From Octopus vulgaris (lineage: Eukaryota): a DNA stretch of 64,000 bases. A program made the translations under genes and the position numbers. Of the stretch, positions 27,187-41,194 are shown one piece after another. The stretch covers positions 67,890,001-67,954,000 of the forward strand of contig OX597828.1 of NCBI GenBank assembly GCA_951406725.2, in the 5' to 3' direction. The number at the start of each line of letters is the position of its first letter. Position 1 is the first letter of the stretch. Under the pieces are notes generated by a model. The model saw nothing but the letters and a program-made list of their open reading frames with translations. It was not told where the DNA came from and did not search any database.

Positions 27187-27241
<55 letters not shown>

Positions 27242-27243
<2 letters not shown>

Positions 27244-27380
27244 GGAGTAAACAGATAGATGTGAAACAAGGTGGAAAAAAGAGTACTCAAATACCAGAGG
27301 TAGAGTAATATGCTTTATTTAAAAGCAGCATAAATTCAACAAAACCTGTTTTGTTGAATTTCTGCTGCTTTTAAATAAAG
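27242..27380. mobile_element. Fold-back terminal-repeat fragment in (TA)n, probably PLE-derived
   Basis: Hairpin 27313-27380 with 33-bp arms, one mismatch and a 2-nt loop; (TA)n on both sides. Confidence 0.55.
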
Positions 27381-27401
27381 TATATATATATATAAATAAA
27401 G

Positions 27402-27499
<98 letters not shown>

Positions 27500-27954
27500 G
27501 TTCGACTAAAGGCGATGCCCCAGCATGGCCGCAGTCAAATGACTGAAATAAGGAAAAGTGTGTAAGTGTATAACTGTATGTATACATGCAGACATAAACA
27601 TAGAGAGAGATGTGTGTGTATGAATGTATACATGTATGTACGCATGTATTATACACATACATACATACATACATACATACATACATACATGCGTCTGATT
27701 CCCTAAGTTATCTTCACCTATTTTCAAGGGCATGACGTCGTCGTCGTCGTCGTCGTGACGGCGGGGATTGAGGGGGAGGCTGTGCCAGCGGCGGGTGGCG
27801 GGTGGTGGAGATGGTGGAGATGGTAGTGATAGTATATTTTAACCCCCAAAACAACCAATCTACACCCCCTCACCCCCACTATAGCTACAATTATTAGACA
27901 GAATTCATTGAAAGAAACGGGGTTCTTCGTATCAGCCTGTCTCTTATAGCAAAA

Positions 27955-28022
27955 TGTCCCTTCCTGCTTTACAGAGTGATGTAACTGACATATATATTGA
28001 CCAATCACAGACAGCGAAACTT
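27955..28022. promoter_or_regulatory. Candidate cis-regulatory module, copy 1
   Basis: 68 bp identical to 33784-33851; contains GACCAATCA (CCAAT), TGATGTAA and TTCCTG. Confidence 0.4.
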
Positions 28023-28423
28023 CCCAAGTAGGGGGTAGGGTGAGAATTCGGTGGGGTTTCTGCTTATCTTCGATACTTGATCCCGTTGTATCCAATTGTA
28101 GCGGTTGTTATTGCTGCTTGTCTTGCATTTTTCATTGATCGAAATGATTTCGGTCAGATTTGGCTGCTATGTCTAGCATGTTCAACTACCACGTAGATTT
28201 GCCATATCACGTTGTTGTTGCTGTTGTGGTGCTGGTAGTGGTAGTAGTGGTGGTAGAATGTGTTTCTTGAGAAAATTCTGTAGTTTGTAACATATTCGTT
28301 GTGTAATTTCGTGCATTTCGGCAATTTCAACCAATCAATGACGTCTATTGAGGTGAAAACGATTTCTGCCGTAACATCACCTAGTTGTCCGGATGCTTTG
28401 CGCTCTTGTTCCATTTTGTATTT

Positions 28424-28466
<43 letters not shown>

Positions 28467-28470
<4 letters not shown>

Positions 28471-30842
28471 TGTTGTATTTGGGGATGGTCATGTTGCCAG
28501 ATTAGCCAATAAAAACACACACACTATATATTTGGTGTTAATTTGCTTCAGCTATATTTTATTTTTTACATTAATCATATTTCGGCCAGAGTTCTTTCGT
28601 CACACTTCTGTGACCTCATCGGTGGTCCTTTGCTTTCTCTTTTCTTATTTGTGTGTCTTTCCTTACTAACGATCAGCCATTTTGTATTCCTATTGTATGT
28701 GTCTTTATTTGTGAATGCGTATACCCCTATGTGTGTCTATGTTTAGTAAATGCGTGTGTGTGTGTGGAGGGGTGCCTGTATTATCTGTATCCCCTGTTTA
28801 TACACGTTCGTTTAATTTTTTATTTATTTTGTTCATGTGTTTATACCTACTTATTTTTTTATTCTTTCTTTTATTGTATTTAATTTAATTTAATTTTGTT
28901 GACGTATATAGTTATTTAATTCCATTTGTTTATCTGTCTATTGTATTATATTTTGTTCATATTGTTATCAGTTTATGGGGATCTTATTCTGTCATTTGTT
29001 GTGGTGTGTTGGGTGTGTGTGCTAGTGTTCCATTCCAGTTTCCTATTCAGGCTAGGTTTATCTTCTATTATGTGTGTAGCTTCTGTAATTTATTTAAGCG
29101 TTGCATCTGTTCTATGCGTGGACAAGATTTTAACTTCTATGTTGTTGAGTGAGCCCCGTGTTCCTGCTCGGCGTGCTGGTATAGAACCGATGAGCTGTTC
29201 TCTTCCTTAAGTTCCCTCCAATGCTTATATACCCGCTCTGCTATGCTCCATGCTGTTTCCCCTACGCGCGTCGTTGTCTTGTTTCTGCACTGTCCCTCTG
29301 TATATCTTATACTATAGACTACATTTCTTGCTTTACAGTTTGTTTGTGGACTAAATCTATATACAATACAGTTCCTATCAGTACAGGGGGTTCTACTAAA
29401 AGGGTAGGTTCTACCGAAATAGGGATTTGATAGGGTTGCCTGGCCTTTCAACAACCTTAATCCTAAGCATAAGTTTGTCTAGGGCCCTTCTAAAGTGGTA
29501 CGCCAGTTCACCTCTAGGGGTGGTGTCGACGAACATGACACTCTGGTATTTGTGGCTATCATACCATGAGTTGGCCTTCCCTATTTTCTTCTTAGTCCTT
29601 TCAATAGTGTTCCATGACTTGCTCCTACAGAGTGGGCAGATCCCATTCCTATCTTTACATAAGATAGTATCAAATTTCTTCATGGCTCCTTTGTATACTC
29701 TGATCCTTTCTTTATGGCTGTAACCTGAGAACTGCATGCGGTGAACGAAATGTTGTATGTGTCTCTTTAACTCTGTAGGGTCGCACATGCGGGACACATT
29801 TCACATTACTGTGACGAGGTCTGCCATCAATATATTGAATTTGGCATTGTCCGCGATAGCTAAGTTCCGGTGGATCAGGTATTTGGAGGCCATAGGTTTC
29901 GCATAGTGTGAATGAAGGATTCGGATTTTATTATTCTCAGTTTCCAGCCAGAGTTCTGTATCTAGTACTGGTAGTCTATGGTTAGGGTGTTTTGTAGAGT
30001 AGTCTATCGTGACCTTAATACTCTGGTGGATGGAATTAGCTATTTTCTGGATGCTCTCCATAGTATTAGTTTCTATTTCTATTTCAAGAGTACTCTTGGG
30101 GTGCCTTTACCACTACGTTGATATCATCGACATAGCGAGAGTACATGTTCACGAGTATGGAGTTCTGTGTCAGACGTTCCTTAAGCCTTCTGTCCCACCA
30201 TACCATGAAAAGGTTGGCTACATCACCGGCAATACTAACGCCGAGGCTGCCCCCTCGTCCTGGGCGTATATTTTGTTGTTAAACTTAAACGTGTGGCCTT
30301 TTAGGGCAACTCCTATACTAACTCCTAGTGCATGTGCGATCATTTTCTTTACCTGATAATCATTTGAGGGGGTCCGTATGGCTCTGGTCCATCCGCTCTA
30401 TCTCTCTAAAGGGGTCTTCCTAGCCATAGAAGTAATTATAGGTGTGTCTACCTCTTAAACGTATACTGGGGCAGAAACTTCTAAGGTCGTGTTTATCTAG
30501 ATATTCATTGTCATATGTCAGTCGAAGTAGGAGGCCCAGTTCCTCTGTGTTGACATTGCGGAACTCCACTTCGCTCTCGTTGATCATCTCTACGTACTTC
30601 TCACCGCAAAATCCACGTCCATCGATGGGTATAGGGATACCGCATTCATGCTACCTTCTATACATCCTGTCAGGTCGCAGGTGTGGTTACAGTCGTTGAT
30701 CCTGCTGAGGAGATTTTCCGTGCTGTCACAAACATCAGGTGACATCCGGATTATGGAGCGTATGAACCATTGAGAGGAAGTAGGAGATCCTGTAGTTGCC
30801 AGCGATATTCGCTCCACAGACTGGTCTTGTTGGTGCTGTTGG
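28467..30842 (-). mobile_element. Penelope-like retroelement (RT + GIY-YIG), degenerate
   Basis: SMNAVSLYPSM, RYVDDIN (about 30120), LPVLDTELW, GIY-YIG-like NVVYSIRY..VGET..ER..H; 3' repeat with hammerhead; bounded by (TA)n. Confidence 0.88.
28586..28625 (-). ncRNA. Minimal hammerhead motif (U4C core) in the PLE 3' repeat
   Basis: CCA-CCGAUGA-G-GUCACA(GAAG)UGUGAC-GAAA-GAAC-UC-UGG, same strand as and downstream of the PLE ORF. Confidence 0.7.
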
Positions 30843-30867
30843 TATATATATATATATATATATATAT

Positions 30868-31246
<379 letters not shown>

Positions 31247-31756
31247 TATACACATATACATATACATATATATTCAATATATGAATATATATAGGCACAG
31301 GAGTGGCTGTGTGGTAAGTAGCTTGCTAACCAACCACATGGTTCCGGGTTCAGTCCCACTGTGTGGCATCTTGGGCAAGTGTCTTCTGCTATAGCCCCAG
31401 GCCGACCAATGCCTTGTGAGTGGATTTGGTAGACGGAAACTGAAAGAAGCCTGTCGTATATATGTATGTATATATATATATGTGTGTGTGTGTGTTTGTG
31501 TGTCTGTGTTTGACAACCGATGCTGGTGTGTTTTCGTCCCCGTCACATAGCGGTTCGGCAAAAGTGACCGATAGAATAAGTACTGGGCTTACAAAGAATA
31601 AGTCCCGGGGTCGATTTGCTCGACTAAAGGCGGTGCTCCAGCATGGCCGCAGTCAAATGACTGAAACAAGTAAAAGAGTAAATTAGTAAAAGAGATATAT
31701 GTATATGTATATATGTATGTATGTGTGTATATATATATGTGTGTGTGTATGTATAC

Positions 31757-31849
<93 letters not shown>

Positions 31850-32357
31850 TATATGTATGCATGTACGTATGAGGTTTCATTGTTATCGTTTATTTACTAC
31901 ACATGGACATTGATTAAAACCATAATTTCCAATTAGTGGTAGATTAAGCGACGAAATGTCACAATTAATTAAGATGTGCCATATGAGACTCATATGTGCC
32001 AGACTGTCACACACGCGCGCGCGTTCATTCGCACTCATACAAGCGCATACATTCCTGCACACATATTCATTAATTGTACGATTCAAACAAATCGAATATC
32101 AGTTATTTTCCTTGCCAGTTTATCATAAGTTTGTTTAATAATGTTTTAAGCGAAACATCCGGCCAAGTGTCATAAATCGCTTCATTCATAATTATTCAGT
32201 CCTGTATTTGAAAGGTTTCAGTAAATCTTCAATGTGTACACATAAGTATACCCATACATACATACATACATGCATGCATACATACAAACATACACATACA
32301 TACATACATACATACATACATACATACATACATACATACATACATACATACATACAT

Positions 32358-32394
<37 letters not shown>

Positions 32395-32417
32395 TACAGA
32401 CAGACAGACAGACAGAC

Positions 32418-32466
<49 letters not shown>

Positions 32467-32557
32467 TACATACATACATACGCACACATCACGATAGATG
32501 AAAGTACATAACGAAAAATAGATAGATAGATAGAGAGAGAGAGAGATAAATAGATAG

Positions 32558-32650
<93 letters not shown>

Positions 32651-32654
32651 CATT

Positions 32655-32838
<184 letters not shown>

Positions 32839-32841
32839 TAC

Positions 32842-33252
32842 GGATCTTTTCGGTTTGAACGGCAGTTTTTTCTAGCGGTATCATGAAATTGTCAGCCATA
32901 ATTATGACCCTAGTATCGATCTATTGCATTTAAATCTATTTTAGGGTTAGGGTTAGGGGTAGGAGTGGGGGGAAGGGTATCTTTTTTCTTCAGAAATGTA
33001 AATTAACCCAATCTGTTTCTTAAATGAGGGACATTCATACGGCACAGAATGTTTTCACCGCAATAGACGCCATTGATTGGTTGAAATTGCAGAAATTGAA
33101 GAAAACAATTATCTTACAAACTATAGAATTTTCTCAATAAAGCCCAGAGAAAAAGAGGTTTTATTAACACATTCTACAAGTATACGAAGTTTAAAAGTGT
33201 TTAGTTACGTGGAAATTATTTTTAAAAACTACCGTTGAAACCGAAAAGATCC
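32842..33252. mobile_element. Merlin-like MITE
   Basis: TIRs GGATCTTTTCGGTTT / AAACCGAAAAGATCC; 8-bp TSD AGATATAC; internal (TTAGGG)3. Confidence 0.8.
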
Positions 33253-33272
33253 AGATATACCGAAAAATAGAT

Positions 33273-33377
<105 letters not shown>

Positions 33378-33404
33378 TATAGATAGACAGACAGACAAAC
33401 AGAC

Positions 33405-33471
<67 letters not shown>

Positions 33472-33783
33472 CAGACAGACATAGATCGTGGGGCGATCTT
33501 GAATCTATGTATCCTGACATCTTGGTAGTGGTGGTGATGTTGGTGGCGTACGCCTTTCGTGTGGTGGGTATGTTGTGTTAAATAATGGCAATGTTGGTGG
33601 TAAAGGGGAACATTGAGTTGTATGTAGGGGTAGTGGTAATGGTAATGGGTACTGGTGGTACATTTAACCCCCAAACCACCAAACCACACCACCGCGGCTG
33701 CAACAAACTTGGCTACAGCGTTTGTTTGATAGAAATCATTGAAAGAAACGGGGTTCTTAGTTTCAGCCTGTCTCTGAGCAAAG

Positions 33784-33851
33784 TGTCCCTTCCTGCTTTA
33801 CAGAGTGATGTAACTGACATATATATTGACCAATCACAGACAGCGAAACTT
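33784..33851. promoter_or_regulatory. Candidate cis-regulatory module, copy 2
   Basis: Identical to 27955-28022 inside a more diverged duplication of about 200 bp. Confidence 0.4.
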
Positions 33852-34198
33852 TCCTGGGGAATAATGCACTGCGGGGTTTGTGTATATGCATACGTATATA
33901 TATATATATGTATGTATTTATATGTGAGCATATGTATGCATAAGTGTGTATGTTGTGTGTGTGTGTGTGTGTGTAAGTGTAGGAATCTGAGATAGGAAGA
34001 GTTTGAGGGGTTGATAGAGTCTGTGGGGTCCCAGCTAATCTGGAATACATGATCTTAGTTTGTTGGCAAGTTGGCTGGCGGGTCGGTTGGTTTATGTTGT
34101 TGCTGTTGTTGGTGGTGGTGGTTGACTAGTTTAAGGGTGTCGTGGTATTAGTCACAAGGAGTGTAGTGGTGGTGGGGTTGATGGTAGTAGGGTTGTTG

Positions 34199-34230
<32 letters not shown>

Positions 34231-34979
34231 GGCAATGCTGTTTATAAAGTCAGTGGTAGTAGTTGTTGATGTTTAAACCCCAGACAAGCTGTGATTGCGT
34301 TGACCTAAGCCTCCCTAACCGTGACCACCCTGTCGTTTTTTTTCTATGTGCAGGGTATCCCAGAACTACATTATTCAACATATTCTCTAAAAGTGGGGGG
34401 GGTTGATTCGAATGAGATTTGGTTACTGAGTGAATTTAGACAATGACCACCACTTCTTACAGGCTCGTTTGATTGTCTCAATGACTGGTGGGGGTTGAAT
34501 GGTGGTGTAGTTACTACGAGCTGGCAGAATCGTTAGCGCGCCGGGCGAAATGCTTAGCGGTATTTCGTCTGCCGTTACGTTCTGAGTTCAAATTCCGCCG
34601 AGGTCGACTTTGCCATTCATCCTTTCGGGGTCGATAAATAAGTACCAGTTTCGCACTGGGGTCGATGTAATCGACTTAATCCGTTTGTCTGTCCTTGTTT
34701 GTCCTCTCTTTGTGGGTAGTAAAGAAATATACACCTTAATCGGGGAAAGGGGATAGATTTCCTGTCGGGTGACAATGATGGAAAGAGGTTAGAAAAGTAC
34801 TTGAAGGCACCAGCGTCTTTTTGGCCTTCATCAACTTTGCTTCCCAATCACATGGTTTCGGGTTCAGTCCCACTGCATGGCACCTTCAGCAAGTGACTTC
34901 TGCTGTAGCCTTGGGCCAACCAAAGCCTTGTGAGTGGATTTGGCAGACGGAAACCGAAAAAAAGCCCGTCGTGTAATGT

Positions 34980-35056
<77 letters not shown>

Positions 35057-35574
35057 TGTGTGTGTGTGCGTGCGTGCGTGTGTGTGGTGGAATCTGGTCT
35101 ATTTTCATTCGCAAAATGAGCCCGCTTTATTTTATTTTTGCTCAGATTGCTTTTAATTTTGGCGAATCGATGCAACTCTGAATTTTGATTACGATCAGCA
35201 AATTACTTTATCTCGTAAATTAAAAGAACCTGATGTTATTTGGAATTAAAGTTGAAGAATTTGGGTAATTTTAGCCAATCAACAGATAGCGATGTATTAA
35301 CAGCCTGTTACCATGACAACCGCACATTGTGTTTGTGTTCCACCTGAATGTTGTGTTGATTTCTTGGCATTGTGAAGGTGAATGGAATATGTGAACTCAG
35401 GACAGATAAATTGACATTAAATCTTTTAATTTTGCATCCAAAAACATATAAGATACAGGTATTCTTTTTCCTGGGACAAATTCTTTGTTGTTCAGTGTTA
35501 TTCTTAACGAAGTTTATAAATCAAAACATGAAAACGTTACTCAACTTTGGAGTTTTAGAGACAGACGCTCTTTT

Positions 35575-35629
<55 letters not shown>

Positions 35630-36306
35630 CACTTATATATTAATTATGTACACAAATACATAACAGGTAATCATAGTACTGAAATACGCATAAAGTAAAT
35701 GCGCATAAATAGGCTATGAATAGACAGTGTTTTCGATTTTTAAACCTCTTTTTCCTCCAGTTTTTTTTCTTCACAACATCATTCCTTCATAGCAATTAGA
35801 CTGGAAAGCTTTATTATTATACCCGATTTTCAGATTTTTTTACTCTTTTAAAAAAAATGTATATTTTGCGAATGAAGAAAAAACTAGATCCGTATGGTGT
35901 GGTGTGGTGTGTGTGTGTCTTTTGCGTCTCTGCCTCCACCATCGCTTGACAATCGATGTTGGTGTGCTTACGCCTCCGTAACTTAACGGTTCGGCGAAAT
36001 ACACCAATAGAATAAGTATTATGCTTACAAAAAATAAGTCCTGGGGTCGATTTCTTCGCTTAAAACCCTTTAATGCGGTGCTCCAGCATGGCCGCAATCA
36101 AATGACTGAAACAAGTAAAAGAATAAAAGAATACTGTGTATATAGGCGCAGGAGTGGCTGTGCGGTAAGTAGCTTGCTTACCAACCACATGGTTCCGGGT
36201 TCGGCCCCACTGCGTGGCACCTTGGGCAAGTGTCTTCTACTATGGCCTCAAGCCGACCAAAGCCTTGTGAGAGGATTTGGTAGACGGAAACTGAAGGAAG
36301 CCCGTC

Positions 36307-36347
<41 letters not shown>

Positions 36348-36506
36348 CGCCATATTAATATGGCAATCTTATAGATATAAGACTAAAAGCTGTCGCTGAT
36401 TAGCTCCATGAGGCCATCGCCTTAAGATAGCTATTTGACACACAAACTGTCTCCATTAGAACCTTCGAACAAGGGAGGTCAGCCGCTTCACACTGCTAGT
36501 CAGACA

Positions 36507-36549
36507 GCTACAGACGCGTTTCAGGGTATTTGCCCCTTGTCAATGTAGC
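36507..36549 (-). ncRNA. Minimal type-I hammerhead ribozyme, U3:A8 core variant
   Basis: GCUACA-UUGACAA-GGGG(CAAAUA)CCCU-GAAA-CGCG-UC-UGUAGC; flanked by a 15-bp inverted repeat at 36457-36471 and 36555-36569. Confidence 0.78.
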
Positions 36550-36862
36550 GACTCTGTTCGAAGGTTCTATTTACCTATTTTCGGTGGAATACATCCACTT
36601 GTTTTCAATAATAGAAATATTAAAATTACTAAGTCTCTCTAAAAGAGATTACGACAGCGTTACTGGAAATTAATTGTTATCGCCATATTAATATGGCAAT
36701 CTTGATATATATATATATATATATTACTCAGCCGAAATTGCGAGGATGATCCGGTTCTTGACTGAAGACTGAAGGCTTCGAATGACCCGTCCGTGATTTT
36801 TGTATCGTCTTCTGAATGTTTTGCGTTCTTGTCCCATTTTGTATTTGTGTGTGTGTGTGTGT

Positions 36863-36896
<34 letters not shown>

Positions 36897-37556
36897 CTTT
36901 GTGTGTCTGTGTTTGTCCCCCCACCACCACCACCAACATCGCTTGACAACCGATGCTGGTGTGTTTACGTCCCCGTAACTTAGCAAGTCCTGGGGTCGAT
37001 TTGCTCGACTAAAGGCGGTGCTCCAGCATGGCCGCAGTCAAATGACTGAAACAAGTAAGAGAGAGAGAGAAAGAGTATATCTCTTGACTCGATTTTAATG
37101 TACCCAACCAAAAAACTTTTTTATATAACCTATCACCGTAATGTCCCCTCTTCCTTCGCCCTTGTGGCTAATACAGTCCTTTATATATTTTCGTCAACCC
37201 TTGGTCTTTTCCTTTTACTCTTTTACTTGTTTCAGTCATTTGACTGCGGCCATGCTGGAGCACCGCCTTTAGTCGAGCAACTCGACCCCAAGACTTATTC
37301 TTTTGTAAGCCCAGTACTTATTCTATCGGTCTCTTTTGCCGAACCGCTAAGTAACGGGGACATAAACACACCAGCATCTGTTGTCAAGCAATGCTAGGGG
37401 GACAAACACACACACGCATATATATATATATATATATGGCAGTTGCTAAAAAGCATTCGTGAAGTAAAACCATGTAGCAACACCAAATGGCGGTGCCCCA
37501 GCATGGCCACAGCTCGTGAGCTGAAACTAGAATCAATCAATCAACCAATATATATA

Positions 37557-37921
37557 TCTCTCTATATATAAACGGCAGTTTGTCTGTGTGTGTTTCTGTG
37601 TGTCTGTTTGGTTGTACCCTCACTCTGACCACGGCTTTCAACCGATTCTGATGAAACTTGACACACACATAGCCCAATGTCATAATTCAAAACTAACGCA
37701 GCGAAAATTTTGAAAAGTTCCCCCAGTTCTGAAAAAGATCGATAAATTCGACATGGGGTCGACAATCAGAAACACAAACCACATAGGGTCTAGGGGACGC
37801 AACTCGACCTTTTCAACTATCAAAAAAAATTTACCACCATTTTTTTTCCCATTTTTTGGCTATAACTCTCTAAAAATGCTTTATAGTTATATATAAACCC
37901 GAGCAACGCCGGGCGATACTG

Positions 37922-37925
<4 letters not shown>
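37557..37925 (+). mobile_element. Non-autonomous Helitron
   Basis: 5' TC..TATATATAAA; 3' hairpin CCCGAGCAACGCCGGG then GCTA; sits in the internal (TA)n of a family B SINE. Confidence 0.7.
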
Positions 37926-37953
<28 letters not shown>

Positions 37954-38640
37954 GACGGGCTTCTTTCAGTTTCCGTCTACCAAATCCACTCACAAGGCTT
38001 TGGTCGGCCCGAGGCTATAGCAGAAGACACTTGCCCAAGGTGCCACGCAGTGGGACTGAACCCGGAACCATGTGGTTGGTAAACAAGCTACTTACCACAC
38101 AGCCACTCTTGCGCCTTGGTGGTTAATAAAGAAGTTAATTTTTGTAGGTGTTGTTGTTGTTATGGTTTCTGTTGTTGTTTTTCTCAACGTATTTGTTGTC
38201 CTTCCAACTGTTAAAAATGCTATTTATTAAGAATTACCGAAAAAGAATATCAGCAATTAAACATAAAAAGGGAGAGGAGAAGAGAGAGACACAGAGAGAG
38301 AGAGAGAAAGAGAGATAGACTGAGGAAGCGCGACAGAGGAAGGAGGGGGAGGGTCTTATATGAGGGTGAGGAATAGAAGCAATGTGTGAAAGAAGGTACA
38401 AGTGTGTGGTTGGGTGGGAGTGGTGGGAGAAGCAGGAACTAGGAAAGGAGAAGAGTCGGGGGAAGAGGAAGCAAGCAAATAAATAGGGAGGGGAAGGAGG
38501 AGGAGGGGATGACAGTTAATCTAGTTCAACGGTGGTGCAATGACTGAGTAGTGTGTGCGTATGTGTGTGTCTATATATATGTGTGTGTCTGTGTGTGTGT
38601 GTATACATAGGCATAATATATATGTGTGTGTCTCTCTCTC

Positions 38641-38730
<90 letters not shown>

Positions 38731-38766
38731 CACACACTCACATATATATATATATACACACACACA

Positions 38767-38822
<56 letters not shown>

Positions 38823-38865
38823 CACACACACTCACACATATATACACACACACACACATATATAT

Positions 38866-38896
<31 letters not shown>

Positions 38897-38903
38897 CACA
38901 CAT

Positions 38904-38939
<36 letters not shown>

Positions 38940-39305
38940 TATGCCTATGTATGATTATGTACATATACAAATGTGAATGTGTGTGTATACATGTATGTGT
39001 AGACATGTGTATATGTATGTATGTAGATATACTAATGTGTGTGTGTTTGATGTCAGTAGATATTACGGTGCCATTTAAAATAAAGGTACAACAACAATAA
39101 AAATAATAATAATAAAAAAACAAACAAAGATATCAGACAGTTTCAATATGGCGACAGAGTTATTTTCATGATTTAAGTTGACTTGTTCGTTGCTTGCCGA
39201 ATTGCTAACTTGCTATCTTGTTGGCTTGTTAACTCTTGTGGCTTGTTTACCCATCTTTTTCCTGTAAACAATTATTTTAAACAAGATGTTATGTTTGTCC
39301 CAACG

Positions 39306-39389
<84 letters not shown>

Positions 39390-39597
39390 CATACACATAT
39401 ACCACCGTCCGTCTTCAACGGTTCGCTCATATACGCTTATTTCCACACACAGACACACACACAGACAAACATTTAAAGTATACACACACAGCGACAGCCC
39501 TAGGCAGGATATATATAATACAAATAATTTAACAAATATTCCAACATGCACAAACACACACTCTGTGTTACACATACACCCACTGTTTTTTCTCTCT

Positions 39598-39667
<70 letters not shown>

Positions 39668-39828
39668 CTATAATACATATACATAGAATTCATACGACCT
39701 GAATTTTTTACTTAAACTCCGTCTAGGTTCTCATTAAACCAATATTAGCAAAAAGTTAGGGCACCAAAGGATGGAAACACGGTTTTTCCAGTACCGGATT
39801 ATGCAAATGGTTAATAATAAAAAGAATA

Positions 39829-40192
39829 GGATCTTTTCGCTTTGACCGGCAGATTTTTAAAATGATTTCTTTGTAACTAAACACTTTTAAACTTCGTATA
39901 CTGGTAGAATGTGTTACATAAAACATCTTTTTCTCTTGGTTTTCTTGAGAAAATTCTGTAGTTTGTAAGCTATTTGTTGTTTAATTTCTTGCATTTCGGC
40001 AATTTCAACCAATCAATGACGTCTATTGAGGTGAATGCAATTTCTCCGAATCTTTGTCAACAACAAATTTTCTCAAGAAAGCCAAGAGAAAAAGATGTTT
40101 TATAAACACATTCTACCAGTATACGAAGTTTAAAAGTGTTTAGTTACAAAGAAATTATTTTTTTTAATCTGCCGGTCAAACCGAAAAGATCC
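39829..40192. mobile_element. Merlin-like MITE, fold-back derivative
   Basis: Same GGATC TIRs; 8-bp TSD AAAGAATA; arms inverted over about 125 bp. Partial copies at 40541-40745 and about 28265-28340. Confidence 0.8.
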
Positions 40193-41194
40193 AAAGAATA
40201 AGAAATAAACGGAAATACAAAAGTATTGTGTATCTGTATCGTTTCTGTTGCCCTTGTTATATAAATAATTTGGTTGCAGTGTTTATTGCTGTTTAATATA
40301 ACATAAAACAGGCTGTATTTAATATTGAGAGGGAAGACCAGCAAGAAAACGTTATTGCAGGTATTCGTGTCTTTAGGTTCTGAGTTCAAATTCCATTACA
40401 CTTTTCATCCTTCGGGGGAGAGGAAGTTTATAAAATAAAGCACCAGTCAACTGAGCCGACTAACGCCCTCTTCTTGAAACTGCCTGCCTTTTCCTAAAAT
40501 CACGGCAGGATCATTTAAGAGTATCGGTGAAATAAACTGCGGATCTTTTCACTTTGACCGGCAGATTTTTTTAATAATTTCCACGTAACTAAAAAATTTT
40601 AAACTTCGTATACTGGTAGAATGTATTTATAAAACATCTTTTTCTCTTGGCTTTCTTGAGAAAATTCTGTAGTTTGTAAGCTATTTCTTGTTTATTTTCT
40701 TGTATTTCGGCCATTTCAACCAATCAATGACGTCTATTGAGGTGAATTCAATATCTAAACTGCTTTGCGGTATTTTCTCTGACTCTTTACTACAATCTGA
40801 ATTTAAATCCCACCAATGTCAACTTTGCCGTTCATCCTTTCGGAATTGACAACGTCGACCTCACTTGAATAGGGTCAATTTTATCTACTAAGCAACTCAA
40901 CCTGTGCCTACATCAGAATCCATAATAGCATGATGAAGAATTAAAGCAAATACTGGAAAGCTGAAATTCTTAAACATGTATGCCTCTCATACTGGGATTT
41001 TGGTTGATTTTTTCTTCTTTTTTTTATTTTTCAGTTCTATAAAGTAATAAAAGAAAAAGAAAAAAATTAATAACAATATTAATAATGTAACTTCTTTTAT
41101 TTCACGATCGTCAGCTAAAATACGATCTTTATGTGTCTATTGTTTACTTCATGGAGATATAACTCCTTTAGCGTAGAACCTTATCTAAAATATA

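Larger units (their letters stand above)
25688..27200 (+). mobile_element. Non-autonomous PLE-like insertion carrying an Ig cassette
   Basis: Perfect 67-bp inverted repeat at 25688-25754 and 27043-27109; hammerhead at 26973-27015; (TA)n on both flanks; 3' end resembles the PLE-like end at 18770-18815. Confidence 0.75.

Noticed and set aside
32941-32962. Interstitial telomere
   Set aside because: Only about 3 TTAGGG units, internal to a MITE
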